A DNA stretch of 63,073 nt, filler included, from Octopus bimaculoides (taxonomy: Eukaryota): the NCBI RefSeq assembly GCF_001194135.2. It is 8 parts of 8 records of this genome, joined end to end, with 100 filler letters (N's around TTAATTAATTAA, not from the genome) between each part and the next. Parts side by side here need not be neighbours in the genome. Positions count along the whole stretch, not along the records: positions 7,119 to 28,932 come from NC_068988.1; positions 29,033 to 38,305 come from NC_068985.1; positions 38,406 to 43,052 come from NC_068995.1; 5 more parts are not named here. One strand, 5' to 3'. The notes beneath the pieces were generated by a model. That model made no database searches. It worked only from the letters and a program-made list of their open reading frames with translations, and was not told the DNA's origin. The position numbers and the translations under genes were made by a program. Below are positions 26,013 to 39,222 of this stretch, piece after piece; within the stretch, counting starts at the first letter, position 1, and each line of letters begins with the position of its first letter.

Positions 26013-26657
26013 TATGTGTGTGTGTTCATATATGTGTGTATACACACACATGCATATACACAACACACACATATACACACACTCACACACATACAAAGTA
26101 GGGTGTGGTTTGAAGAAGGATTACCTACTATCCGTATCATGTCTAGCTACCATGTAGTCACTGTTTTGTGGGTTAACTCATTCCATATATATATATAGCA
26201 ACGGTGGCTAAACTGTGGCTTGCAAACCACATGTGGCTCTTGAAGCTATCATAAGCAACTCACAAGACAATATTGGGCGTCAGTGCCATTTTTATGAAGA
26301 CAGTATGAGCTGAAGAAACAGAAACAATGGAAACCGAGAAACATATAGTATGCAGTCCTCTTCATGTGTGTGTGTGTCTGTGTGTGTGTGTGTGTAGTGT
26401 GTGTATTCCTATTTATAATTCTAAAATAAAATTACTTTTGAATGTAAAACTATATAGTTTAATTAAGTTATTACTAATAGAAATGTTTCTTTATCTGCCA
26501 CAAAAATTCACTATTTAATACTACATACTTTGAAACCACTGTACTCAACTCACACGATGAACCAAAAAATATTTTAGAAGCTTGGAAAACCAAAGAAGCA
26601 TTACATCCTGATACAGACAGCTGAACTGGAATTTCAAAGTCAATGTAAACCTTTCCT

Positions 26658-26877
26658 TTAACCTTTTAGCACTTAATCCAGCCATATCCAGCCCAAATAT
26701 TCTACCTGTTTTATGTTCAAACTAGCCAGAACTGGCCTCTCAAACCTACCCTATAAGGCCGCTATAAGAATAAACAATCAAAATCTCAAAACCATGAGAT
26801 AATGCAGGATTAATTCAAAATAATGTGAACAAATAAACATTACATTTGACAAGATAATCTGAATACTAAAGAGTTAA
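26658..26877. mobile_element. TTAA-flanked MITE, same family as 22285-22509
   Basis: TTAACCTTTTAGCA...ATACTAAAGAGTTAA termini with matching internal sequence. Confidence 0.8.
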
Positions 26878-27881
26878 AGCAAAATATATAAGATACTCTA
26901 CATGTTAAAATAAAATAAAATAAAATAAAATAAAATAAAATAAATACTTAACTCAATACATACCTAAAAGTATAGAGTGATCCTTCAAGTAATGTCTGAC
27001 TATTTTTATATATTAAAACTATACATATAAATAGACATTAAGTAGAGGTATATATAGATAGTTATTTAAACAGACAAATAGACAGGCTAAGTTTGATAAA
27101 ATTTACCCAAGATGTCATACAGTGGGACTAAATTCAACCTCCTTGGTCAGAAAGCAAACTTCATAAAAGTTATGTCCACACTGGCTCAGTAGTTGGTTCC
27201 AACAGTCTACTCCTATGTCCGGTATGGTATGATGCAGGTCATCAAATAATAGGATAGGCTAGTGTGTGTGATACAAGCCATGTAGTAGTATTTATAAAAT
27301 ACAGTAAACAAGTATGGTATTCAATACTTTATAATTATCATATATGTTTCATCAAGTTTACTGAAACACACGAATGCTTTATAAGCATTGAATGACATAC
27401 ATACATGCATGCATGCATACATACATACATACATACATACATACATACATACAAATCAACAAACAAAAATACCCTGCTGTTGATGTTGAAATTCCAATGA
27501 AGGAACCTTGAATCTAGGTTAGAAACCGGTTCTTTCTCTGTTGGCAAGAAATCTTGAAATAAATTGAATAATAACATACATATGCGTATGCATATGGTGA
27601 TTTCTTTGACCCTTTTCCTTATTTAAGTCATTAGACTGTGACAATGATGAGGACATTGACTCGAAGGGTTTTTTTCTATTCAGTCTTGTCAACTGCAGCA
27701 ACAGTCTTTAATTCTCACACTTAATTTGGCAATTTCTGTTAAGTGCATTGCTTGGTACACAAACACAAACACATACATAGCTTTTTCAAATGATGTCAGG
27801 CTTAAGGACATAGAGACAGACATATATAAACATACACACACACATACACACACACATGCATGTATATCTAGGTAAATAAAT

Positions 27882-28071
27882 ATACAAGGGTATACTGAAA
27901 AGTTCCTGGCTTTAAGGGTGTCGTGAAAGGCCTGTTTGGAGGCCCAGCCTTCAGAGTCCTTTCTACAGGGCTTAGAAAAACTGAAGGACTACTGCAATAA
28001 GTGTGTGAATCTGAGAGGGGAATATGTTGAATAAAATCATAATTAACTGATCCTCCTGTATTTTCTTTTAC
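27882..28071 (+). mobile_element. mariner-derived deletion element
   Basis: TA-TACAAGGG..AAAAGTTCCTGGCTT start; internal translation LEKLKDYCNKCVNLRGEYVE* resembles a mariner C-terminus. Confidence 0.7.
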
Positions 28072-28148
28072 NNNNNNNNNNTGCACAGATAGATACTCAC
28101 ATACCCACAAATATATATAAATATACTAATATAAATATACACATTTAA

Positions 28149-28187
<39 letters not shown>

Positions 28188-28639
28188 CATAGTGAGTGAA
28201 AGAGAGAGGGAGAGAGGTGCAGATGGAGGGAGGAAAAGATGCAGACAGTCTGAATATGTTATATAAATGTGTGTATATAATCTTTTGACATGACCTTTTA
28301 AGTTTTTTTTCTTCTAATATCAAATGTTATTATGAAGTGTGTAACAATAGGAGGTTTATCTCATCTGCTTAACATGATTGCATATTAGACAAATAATAGT
28401 AGAGTAACTTTAGAACTCTTAATTTTCTCACACTCCTTATCTATTCCAACAGTCTCTTAACTTCTAACCTCTGCCTTTGGATATATATATTCAGCCATAC
28501 ATACATTCATACATACATACTTACATACATACATACGTACATACATATATGCATACATACATACATACATACATACATACATACATACACAAGCATGTAA
28601 CTATGTATGTGTGAGTAGAAGGTGTGTATCTATGATGAT

Positions 28640-28790
28640 GATGATCATCATCATCATCGTTTAACGTCCGCTTTCAATGCTAGCATGGGTTGGACGATTT
28701 GACTGAGGACTGGTTAACCAGATGGCTACACCAGGCTCCAATCTGATTTGGCAGAATTTCTACAGCTGGATGCCCTTCCTAATGCCAATA
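28640..28790 (-). mobile_element. SINE family B 3' part
   Basis: Same tail as 24305-24550. Confidence 0.88.
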
Positions 28791-28866
28791 TATATATGCA
28801 TACATATATATATACATATATATACATGCATATATATACATACACATATATATATGCATATATACA

Positions 28867-28932
<66 letters not shown>

Positions 28933-29139
28933 NNNNNNNNNNNNNNNNNNNNNNNNNNNNNNNNNNNNNNNNNNNNTTAATTAATTAANNNNNNNNNNNN
29001 NNNNNNNNNNNNNNNNNNNNNNNNNNNNNNNNCTAACACCCTTTTGGACAGCTGGACGCCAGGCGCCGCGGTATTTAGAATATTAATTCCGATTCTTTAA
29101 TCCAAGAAATTTGGAATTGTGTAAATGTGTGAATTTTAA

Positions 29140-29175
<36 letters not shown>

Positions 29176-29197
29176 AAAATCTGCCTTTTATAGATAA

Positions 29198-29456
29198 GAT
29201 TCCGAATTCTTCAAAATCATTTGGATGGAAAAAATATGAATTCTGTAGACGAGGTCAGAACAGTATTAGAGGAGTATTTTTCGTCACGGATAAGTAATTT
29301 TGGAAGAGGAGCCTTGCAAATCGACCATATTCATGGGAGAGCAATGTAGAAATTGAAGGAGAGAATATTTTAGATTAGAAAAGAACTTTGTTCATCTTAA
29401 TTTTGAAAAGTAAAAGAAGTATAAAAAACTGCATTATTTATGGGATGACCTAATAT
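29198..29456 (+). mobile_element. mariner transposase 3' end plus right TIR
   Basis: LQNHLDGKNMNSVDEVRTVLEEYFSSR..., IEGE(N/Y)ILD* with frameshifts; TIR GCATTATTTATGGGATGACCTAATA. Confidence 0.85.
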
Positions 29457-29476
29457 TTCTTTTTCACACACACACG

Positions 29477-29507
<31 letters not shown>

Positions 29508-29579
29508 CATCCCCTCTCTCTCTTTCTCCCTTTCTCTCATCATTCTATACGATCTAAAGCATGACTGGAGAAACAACCA

Positions 29580-30080
29580 GCCAGCTAACTAACCAGCCAG
29601 CTAACCAACCAACCAACCAACCAACCAATCATCTAGCCAACCNNNNNNNNNNNNNNNNNNNNNNNNNNNNNNNNNNNNNNNNNNNNNNNNNNNNNNNNNN
29701 NNNNNNNNNNNNNNNNNNNNNNNNNNNNNNNNNNNNNNNNNNNNNNNNNNNNNNNNNNNNNNNNNNNNNNNNNNNNNNNNNNNNNNNNNNNNNNNNNNNN
29801 NNNNNNNNNNNNNNNNNNNNNNNNNNNNNNNNNNNNNNNNNNNNNNNNNNNNNNNNNNNNNNNNNNNNNNNNNNNNNNNNNNNNNNNNNNNNNNNNNNNN
29901 NNNNNNNNNNNNNNNNNNNNNNNNNNNNNNNNCTAACCAACCAACCAAACAACCAACCAACCAATCGACCAACCAACCGACCAACCAACCAACCAACCAA
30001 CCAACCAGCCAACCAACCAACCAACCAACCAGCCAACCAACCAACCAGCCAACCAACCAACCAACCAACCAGCCAACCAG
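29580..30080. repeat. (AACC)n/(AGCC) tetranucleotide repeat spanning a gap
   Basis: Direct reading. Confidence 0.95.
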
Positions 30081-31104
30081 TCGACCATAAAAAACCTGTC
30101 CATGTGCTTACGTTTGCTAAAAATTTCGGATCTGCAATTAAGTTGTAATGGAATTCAGACTGCTCTGAATTAGCTAGAACCCTCGTTGGCGTAACCGACG
30201 GTGTGTTTGGGTGGAATTCTTATATATTTAAAAGAACTTTTAATAAACATTTTATGCCAAATTTTATTCGCTAGTTATTTACTTGTGAAGTAATCCACGC
30301 CCCACCTTGAGAAGCATTGACACAGAGGCTGTATACCAGTGAAAGAATGATGCATAGTCAGTGATGGTAGATAACTTAAGTAGGTTTCAGCCATTATTAG
30401 TCCTGGTTATGTCTAACTTAATAACGCTTAATACAGAGTCAAATTAATCAATGAATCTGATGCCATTGTCCTTTTCAAAAATTCTGAGCGTCATAAAATC
30501 ACTAGCACTAATTCTCACTTACCCGTGCTCTCTTTTCTTTTTCTTTTCCTTTTTGCAGGGCAATGAAAACGCTTTGAGCAGTTTAGGTTGGATGGAAGTT
30601 TGCAGTCCCTAAGCAAATTTCATTCCCGAATTTATGGCCAACACTCCAAAAGGCTCAAGTGATTCTCGTACAAGAGTACTGATACCACACCAATGACGGT
30701 ACTGCTGTAATGTACACATCTACAAAATGCTAACTCGACTGATTGGTATTCGCTAACCAACGGACATTCTCCAGCTTTTGGCTCACAAGCGTACTATCTC
30801 CTCTCTCTTATCCTCCTTGTCATGTCCACATCCCCGGCCTGGCATGACAGCAATTATTCTATTCAGTACACTCTTCCCAGAACATCGATCCCTGTGGAAT
30901 CTCCCTTCTATTCATGTCTTTACTGCAGATCTTGACCCACAGAGGTTAAAGATTCTGTCCCTCCTCGTGTCTCTGGACTCAACAAGTAGAAAGAAAAAAA
31001 AGTACCTTTGGCTATCGTTACCATCTCTCCATACATCTTACACAGTTTGCTGCTGCTCTCTGTCTCCTCTTTTACTGTTTTCTGACTAGATGTAATACAG
31101 CTAA

Positions 31105-31477
31105 GCAGGCGTCGGACAAAGTGCTTTGCAGCATTTTTATCTACTCATTACGTTCTAAGTCTAAATACTGCTAAAGTCAACTTTGTGTTTCGTCCTTTCG
31201 GGGTCGATAAAATAAGTACCAGGTGAGCACTGGAGACAATGTAATCGACTAATCCTTCTTTTCAAATGGTTAGTCTTGTACCAAAATTTGAAATCATCAT
31301 CATCATTATTATTATTATCGAACTGGCCGAATTGTTAGCCCGCTGGTCAAAATATTCAATGGTATTTCATCCCTTTATACGTTCTGAGATCAAATTCTAC
31401 CGAAGTCTACTTTGTCTTTCATCCTGGAATAAGTACTAGTCGAACAATAGAGGTTTGATGTAATCAATTTAACCCCC
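31105..31477 (+). mobile_element. Two tandem degenerate copies of SINE family D
   Basis: Each carries GTTCT(A/G)AG..AAAT..G..AAGTC(A/T)ACTTTG..TTTC.TCCT and TAAGTAC..G; separated by (ATC)(ATT)n. Confidence 0.75.
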
Positions 31478-31824
31478 NNNNNNNNNNNNNNNNNNNNNNN
31501 NNNNNNNNNNNNNNNNNNNNNNNNNNNNNNNNNNNNNNNNNNNNNNNNNNNNNNNNNNNNNNNNNNNNNNNNNNNNNNNNNNNNNNNNNNNNNNNNNNNN
31601 NNNNNNNNNNNNNNNNNNNNNNNNNNNNNNNNNNNNNNNNNNNNNNNNNNNNNNNNNNNNNNNNNNNNNNNNNNNNNNNNNNNNNNNNNNNNNNNNNNNN
31701 NNNNNNNNNNNNNNNNNNNNNNNNNNNNNNNNNNNNNNNNNNNNNNNNNNNNNNNNNNNNNNNNNNNNNNNNNNNNNNNNNNNNNNNNNNNNNNNNNNNN
31801 NNNNNNNNNNNNNNNNNNNNNNNN

Positions 31825-32200
31825 AGGTGGGGCCCAGTTAGAATTTTCTTCAGGTAAAGTAGCCCACACCGCTCCAAAGGTCCCTGAATAAGGGTTGTTT
31901 AAGGATGTTGGGCGAAGCACTCACGTTTCCAAAGGTGAATTATCCAAACCCCAAAGAATTCCTCTCAACACATGGCTATGATGCCCCCCACTTCACTACT
32001 TCTGCTTGTGATCAGAGATGTATATATCTTCAGCCACTAAGAGACATGCTCAACTGGTTGAGGTCAAACAACTGCCAAGCAAATCTGTGTTATTGAACAG
32101 AATATTTGCTGCAGCTCATCTTTTATACCAAAACAAAACAATGTATATGATAGCACTTCCAACGAGTTAAGATCAGAAGCCATGAGAGCCACATCCGGGC
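31825..32200 (-). mobile_element. Retroposon family F (TAA-associated), partial
   Basis: Homologous to 42030-42476; right flank is (TTA)n. Confidence 0.8.
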
Positions 32201-32824
32201 ATTTATTATTATTATCATGATCATTATTATTATTATTTTAGTGTCCTTTGTCTAAGCTCTTTCGTCATTCATCATATGAATTCTTCAACGACTCTCTATC
32301 CCACGTGTCTCCTCTTGTCTGTTTAGTCCATACTGTCAAATAGTAAGTGCAAATGAAGTAATTTTTCTTATCACAACATTTTAGTGAGTGTAAGGGAGGT
32401 AACTTTTCTCATGACTATGCATTTTAAAATTTCTCAATTGACTTCAAATATCGATATTATTTGCCATCCACGCACGTCGTTGGATATTTTTTATTTCCAT
32501 CTTACCAACCATTCTCTTACATTGTAATGCCTGTCAATGTTTATTCATTGATAAGTGTAGACTTTCCAGTTTATTTTTCTCGTATAATCGTCCGGTTTAT
32601 CGATCAAACTGTACGACTTCATTGAATTAGTATGCGAAATGGCAGAGTATTCCACAGGCATGTGTATTCTTAACGTAAACCCCAAGTGGCAATAATGATC
32701 AGGCCATTATTTGGTGATGAGGTCTCATAACATTGGATCATGACCGAAGTTGTTATCATATTGCCAAAAAAAAATCTGTCTCACTCCCTGTTGAATTCTA
32801 TTTTACAGTAAAGTAGTAGTAGTG

Positions 32825-32868
<44 letters not shown>

Positions 32869-33039
32869 GGTGGTGGTGGNNNNNNNNNNNNNNNNNNNNN
32901 NNNNNNNNNNNNNNNNNNNNNNNNNNNNNNNNNNNNNNNGTGATGGTGGTGGTGGTGGTGGTGGTGGTGGTTGGGGTTTGGTCTGGAAGGTGCTGTGTCC
33001 ATTTCTTTCATAACCTTATAAGACCAGTGAAACTGATGT

Positions 33040-33121
33040 TATAGATGTTTTCGATCTAGTTTGGATTCTTTGCCATCAAATTTGATGGCAAAGAATCCAA
33101 ACTAGATCGAAAACATCTATA
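33040..33121. repeat. Perfect 82-bp palindrome with no spacer
   Basis: Checked base by base; centre CAAA|TTTG at 33080/33081. Confidence 0.97.
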
Positions 33122-33515
33122 TTAATCTTCCATTTTGAAATGTTATAAGCAGACGATTGCCAAACAGATATGTACAGGGAGGGGAGCACTGGTGGGACGA
33201 CGTTCTAGGGTGAGGATTTACGTTAAGGATACACATGTCTGTGGAACACTCTGCCATTTCACATGGATATATTGAAAAGTGTACTTCCTGGGTGGTTGTT
33301 CAGATCATAGATGACGAAGGAATTGAAAATGGTACATGCATTGGAGGTGGTGCAAGACCAGCTAATTTCAAGGTGGTGAGGCCATTGTAGAAAAGGTTGG
33401 GAGAAGACACACGTCTGTAAGGCTGGAGTATGTCTGTTATTGACTTTTTTGCCATTTAGTCAAGCGACTTGCCTTTGGATGCGGTCTTGGATGTCTGTGC
33501 GTATAGCAGCAGTAC

Positions 33516-33832
33516 CGACCAATCGACCAAAGCCTCGGGCCGACCGAAGCCTCGTGAGTGGATTTGATAGACGGAAACTGAAAGAAGCCCGTCGTATATA
33601 TGTATATATATATATATGTGTATGTGTGTGTCTGTGTTTGTCCCCCCAACATCGCTTGACAACCGATGGTGGTGTGCTTGCGTCCCCGTAACTTAGCGGT
33701 TCGGCAAAACAGACCGATAGAATAAGTACTAGACATCCAAAGGATAAGTCCTGGGGTCGATTTGCTCGACTAAAGGCGGTGCTCCAGCATGGCCACAGTC
33801 AAATGACTGAAACAAATAAAAGAGTAAAAGAG
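33516..33832 (+). mobile_element. SINE family A, 5'-truncated
   Basis: Matches 21895-22284 from the GACCAAAGCC region onward. Confidence 0.9.
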
Positions 33833-34625
33833 TATTTATATATGTTTTGCAATTTTAATTTTGTTTGTGAAATGAAACAGTTGTAGGTGAACATGTTAAT
33901 TAATTTATTAATTTGTATCCATTAGATCTCTCTGTTTTCTAACTCGATAATGGTAAGTGACATAGGATAATGTGCCTCTTGTTGACGAGATGCGCATATT
34001 TGGAACATTGTTGATCATAGTTATTCAGTATTGGACTGAACGAGAGGAATAAACAACTAAAATGTGCAAAATGGTGAAAAATACAAAAACAAAAAAAACC
34101 TGTAAGTTCAACGCAGAAGGCAGTAATGCAACAGTTGTTTCCCTTACACTTACAAGTAATTCAATCATTAAGCGTATCTTTCAGCTTGTTGCTAGGTCGC
34201 CAACAACGAAGTTCGTTATCACTGTTGGCGGCTTGTCGTACCGAGGTATGAGATGATATCGCGAGTACAGTTGGTTTGGCTGTTGTAATGCCTTAGCCTC
34301 TCCATCGCCCGTCGTAATATCGTAAGCGTGTTGGTTTACCTCAGTAGGTTCCGTTGAACTTTGTGGTGTGCGCCCAATTAAGGCATTTGGTGTTGAATTG
34401 ATACTTTTTCTTTCTTTTTCTTTCTTTCTCTTCCCCACTTTTTTTTCTCTCATCGCACATGTTTGTCCTTTCTTCGGTTTTGGCTTTGTATTTTAATGTG
34501 ATTTTGTATTATATATGAATGATATACATGTATATATGACATATACGTGTTGTATATGTCATTATTAAATTTATCGATAAATAAACATCAGTAAAAAAAA
34601 ACAAAAAAAAAACCAAAAAAAAAAA

Positions 34626-35002
34626 CGCATGTGGCTGTGTGGTAAGAAGTTTGCTTCCCAACCACATGGTTCAGGATTCGTACCACTGCGTGACATCCTG
34701 GGTAAGTGTCTTCTATAGCCTCGGAACGAACAAGGCCTTGTGAGTGAATTTGGTAGACGGAAACTGAAAGAAGCCCGTCGTATATATGTATATATCTATG
34801 TGTGTCTTTGTGTCTGTGTTTGTTTCTCTTTCACCGCTTGTTTGTGTGTTTACGTCCCCGTAACCTAATGGTTCGGCAAAAGGGGCCGATAGAGTAAGTA
34901 CTAGGCTAAACAAGTAAGTTCTAGGGTCGATTTGTTCGACTAAAACCCTTCAAAGCGGTGCCCCAGCATGACCACAGTCAAATGACTGAAACAAGTAAAA
35001 GA
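34626..35002 (+). mobile_element. SINE family A, full-length, diverged
   Basis: Head, short (TA), tail all present. Confidence 0.9.
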
Positions 35003-36237
35003 TTATACATGTGTGCGTGTGTGTGTGTGTGGTGTGTGTGTGTGTGTGTGGTGTGTGTGTGTGNNNNNNNNNNNNNNNNNNNNNNNNNNNNNNNNNNNNN
35101 NNNNNNNNNNNNNNNNNNNNNNNNNNNNNNNNNNNNNNNNNNNNNNNNNNNNNNNNNNNNNNNNNNNNNNNNNNNNNNNNNNNNNNNNNNNNNNNNNNNN
35201 NNNNNNNNNNNNNNNNNNNNNNNNNNNNNNNNNNNNNNNNNNNNNNNNNNNNNNNNNNNNNNNNNNNNNNNNNNNNNNNNNNNNNNNNNNNNNNNNNNNN
35301 NNNNNNNNNNNNNNNNNNNNNNNNNNNNNNNNNNNNNNNNNNNNNNNNNNNNNNNNNNNNNNNNNNNNNNNNNNNNNNNNNNNNNNNNNNNNNNNNNNNN
35401 NNNNNNNNNNNNNNNNNNNNNNNNNNNNNNNNNNNNNNNNNNNNNNNNNNNNNNNNNNNNNNNNNNNNNNNNNNNNNNNNNNNNNNNNNNNNNNNACACA
35501 CACACACACACACACAAACGTATGTATGTATACATATGTACCTACTTAAACGACGGGCTTCTTTCAGTTTCCGTCTACCAAATGCACTCACAAGGCTTTG
35601 GTCGGCCCGGGGCTAGAGTAGAAGATACTTATCCAAGATGTTAAAATGTGCGACTGAACCCGGAACCATGTGGTTGAGAAGCAACTACAGTGCCAGCCTG
35701 CAATTTTCTTTTCTCACGGAACACGATGACATAGGTATATGTTAAACTGATAGTAGACTGCACTTAACTTTTCCCGCCAGAAGGCATTTACAAATCATTT
35801 ACATAATTTCTCAGAAATACTAAAAAGTAAATTCACGATAAATTATTGTACATTTGAATTATATTAATGAATCCGGATCTACATTTTAAAATAGTAAATT
35901 AACAAATCATAACCGTTTATAACTGAGATATATCATTTCATTTATTTCTCCACTTAAAAAGAAATCCATTTTGCTCTATTTGTTTTGATCTATAATATGT
36001 TTTCTAAGAAAACAACTTTGAAAGGAATCATATAAACAAGATATGTATTATTAATTATATGTAATATATCTGTGGTTAAGAAGCTCGCTTTGCAACCACG
36101 TGGCTTTGGGTTCATTTGCACTGCGTAGAACCTTGGGGGTCTTCTCTTTATAGCCCCAGAATGACCAATGTCTTCTGAGTGAATCTGGTAGACGGAAACC
36201 ACGTGGAAGCCCGTCGTATACATACATACATGCTTAC

Positions 36238-36930
36238 TTATATTCTATTATTCTTTTATACGTTTCCGTCTTTAGGCTGCGGCCATGCTGCTGCCAATGT
36301 AATTACCTTTCCAATGGCCAATGTCATGTGACTGGCCTTTGGTGAAGGAAGGAGTTCGACACTGGTGCCCTCTTTTGTGTTTCTTGCCTTGATGTATGTT
36401 CATTTGGAACCTTGGGTAGCAGGAGATCAATTTTTTTCTTGAAAACACCTACTCATACTCCATGAAGATCCCTCAGATGTTTTGGCAAGTCATTAAATAG
36501 CTGTGAGCCCTTGAATTCCAAGCTGTTGCAAGACATAGTCCTCTCTCTAGGCGGGATAGCGAGGACCTTTGGAACAGTGCAATGACATCATTTTTGGTGC
36601 CAGTCCCTTCAGGATCTTCCATACATAAACCACTGCATACTTCTGTCTTCACTCCAGGGAATAGAGTCGTAGCTCTGCCTGTCTCTCCCAGTACTTCAGC
36701 TGTTCCATTGATGCAGTCTTCGTGGTGTAGCACCACTGAACTGCCTCAAGTTCTGCTATTAATTTGATACTGTAGGGTGATCATAGTTGAGAGCAGTAGT
36801 CCATGTACGTGAGATGAGGCATCGTTGCTCATATCAATCTCCAGATCACACACCGTACGTGACTCTGCGATTGCTGCTCCTTTTGGTTCAAAGTATCGTT
36901 GTTGCGGCTTGTGAGCACCAATTAGCTAGT
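36238..36930 (-). mobile_element. CR1-group LINE 3' end (ORF2 C-terminus and 3' UTR), pseudogene
   Basis: HLTYMDYCSQL*SPYSIKLIAELEAVQWCYT..MEQLKYWERQAELRLYSLE*RQKYAVVYVWKILKGLAP, FKGSQLFNDLPKHLRDLHG, VFKKKIDLLLPKVPNE. Ends CAGCATGGCCGCAGCC..GGAAACG. Confidence 0.9.
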
Positions 36931-37143
36931 AGCAGACTGGAAAAAAAAAATGACAAACAACCTTAATAGATTTTTCGAACCTACCTTATTGGGTTTTCAT
37001 CAAAGGCGTCTACATCATTCCAAACGTACAGGAATATTCAATTAAGTAATACTAAATTGAATTTCACAATAGATAATATATGTATATAAATATTGGGGTC
37101 ATTGGGATCTTTCATTGTCTGAATTGTATAATGGTGGTTCTTC

Positions 37144-37175
<32 letters not shown>

Positions 37176-37717
37176 AATATCTGTTTATTTATTTAAATAT
37201 TTCGCTTAGGCAATGCGAGACTAATAACNNNNNNNNNNNNNNNNNNNNNNNNNNNNNNNNNNNNNNNNNNNNNNNNNNNNNNNNNNNNNNNNNNNNNNNN
37301 NNNNNNNNNNNNNNNNNNNNNNNNNNNNNNNNNNNNNNNNNNNNNNNNNNNNNNNNNNNNNNNNNNNNNNNNNNNNNNNNNNNNNNNNNNNNNNNNNNNN
37401 NNNNNNNNNNNNNNNNNNNNNNNNNNNNNNNNNNNNNNNNNNNNNNNNNNNNNNNNNNNNNNNNNNNNNNNNNNNNNNNNNNNNNNNNNNNNNNNNNNNN
37501 NNNNNNNNNNNNNNNNNNNNNNNNNNNNNNNNNNNNNNNNNNNNNNNNNNNNNNNNNNNNNNNNNNNNNNNNNNNNNNNNNNNNNNNNNNNNNNNNNNNN
37601 NNNNNNNNNNNNNNNNNNNNNNNNNNNNNNNNNNNNNNNNNNNNNNNNNNNNNNNNNNNNNNNNNNNNNNNNNNNNNNNNNNNNNNNNNNNNNNNNNNNN
37701 NNNNNNNNNNNNNNNNN

Positions 37718-37754
<37 letters not shown>

Positions 37755-38405
37755 TATATACATGCATACGTACGTACGTACATACATACATACATACATG
37801 TGTATGTGTGTCCAACCCACCGATTAACAACTAATGTTGGTTTGCTTGGTCTTCGTAACCTAGCGGTTCGGCGATGGATACCGATAGAATAAATGCCAGA
37901 CTAAAAGAAAAATAAACACTGTGGTCGATTGTTCGACAAAACCCTTCAAGAGGATCCCCGCAGCCCAACGACTGAAACAAGGAAAAGATAGGTACCGTTA
38001 TCATCGGACAAAATTTCTAGCGTTATTTGTATCGACTTATGTCTTTTAACTTCTACAACAAGAACTTGTCTTATGTCTATTATTCATACAAGCAAAATAT
38101 GTAGTCTAGCAGATATAGTACAGGTGTTCCGGTAATTGATCATTTCAAATTGATGTAGAAATTTGTTTTCATATTATATTAAAGATAAAGGACCAGCCAG
38201 GAGCAGAGGACTGATAGAAATAGTAGGTCTTCAGATAGGCTATCTGCGCTGCATGTCATGCGTGTCATATACATACATACATACATACATACATACATAC
38301 ATACANNNNNNNNNNNNNNNNNNNNNNNNNNNNNNNNNNNNNNNNNNNNTTAATTAATTAANNNNNNNNNNNNNNNNNNNNNNNNNNNNNNNNNNNNNNN
38401 NNNNN

Positions 38406-38481
<76 letters not shown>

Positions 38482-38776
38482 ACACACATATAAATATATA
38501 TATATTTAAATAATAATAAGAGTGATAAATTGGATATTAATTTAATTAACGCCAATTTAAAACCAGTGGCCTAGTATAAAGAAAATTCAGAAAATTCAGA
38601 AGAATTATATTACATACATGTGAGAAGGGTTGACCACTAAGTGGACATACTTTACGCTAGAAATCGACCATCAACGGTCAAACAATAAAAGAAAAGAATG
38701 TTCTCCAGGGAAATTCAGCGCAACACCAGAACATGAAAGGGCAGGACAATTGAAAATATACAAAAATAAAGAATTA

Positions 38777-38855
38777 GTCGTAGACCAGGTTTCGTGCATT
38801 AATGGATTAATACAATTTCTACTTACATAACCTATCCGAGGCTCTTTAGTACGAC
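38777..38855 (-). ncRNA. Type I hammerhead ribozyme motif, core-mutated (CUAAAGA)
   Basis: GTCGTA-CTAAAGA-G...C-GAAA-CCTG-GTC-TACGAC; perfect 6-bp stem I, but G5 replaced by A. Confidence 0.65.
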
Positions 38856-38954
38856 CGTTCGATACAATATAATTTGCGGAACAATACACGGATTGTCCAT
38901 ATAAATTAGACATGTGTACAGTTCTACCGATTACATTGGATTTATTTTCGAACT

Positions 38955-39033
38955 GTCGTACTGATGAGCCTCGGACGCGTTATGTAAGTAGAAATTACGC
39001 TAATCCATTAAAGCGCGAAACCTGGTCTACGGC
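38955..39033 (+). ncRNA. Type I hammerhead ribozyme motif with intact core
   Basis: Stem I GTCGTA/TACGGC (6 bp, one G-U), CTGATGA (38961-38967), GC...GC stem II base, GAAA (39017-39020), near-palindromic stem III ACCTGGT, GUC cleavage triplet ending at 39027. Confidence 0.78.
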
Positions 39034-39222
39034 TAATTCCTTATTTGTATATATTTGCAGTTGTCTTGCCCGTTCATGTTCTGGTGTGGGCTGAATTTCC
39101 CTAAAGAATATGTATTTTGGGTGATCTCTGCAAAAGCCCCCGGCAGTCCAATACATTCTTTTCTTTTGTGGTTTGAACGTTGATGGTCGATTTCTAGCGT
39201 AAAAGATGTCCACTTAGTGGTC

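Noticed and set aside
30520-30620. Strong splice-acceptor-like pyrimidine tract ending TTTTTGCAG
   Set aside because: All three frames close within about 55 nt and there is no convincing donor.
34060-34420. Cys-rich (TCKCKGNNCC) and integrase-tail-like words
   Set aside because: Too short and interrupted to assign; possibly a decayed transposon.
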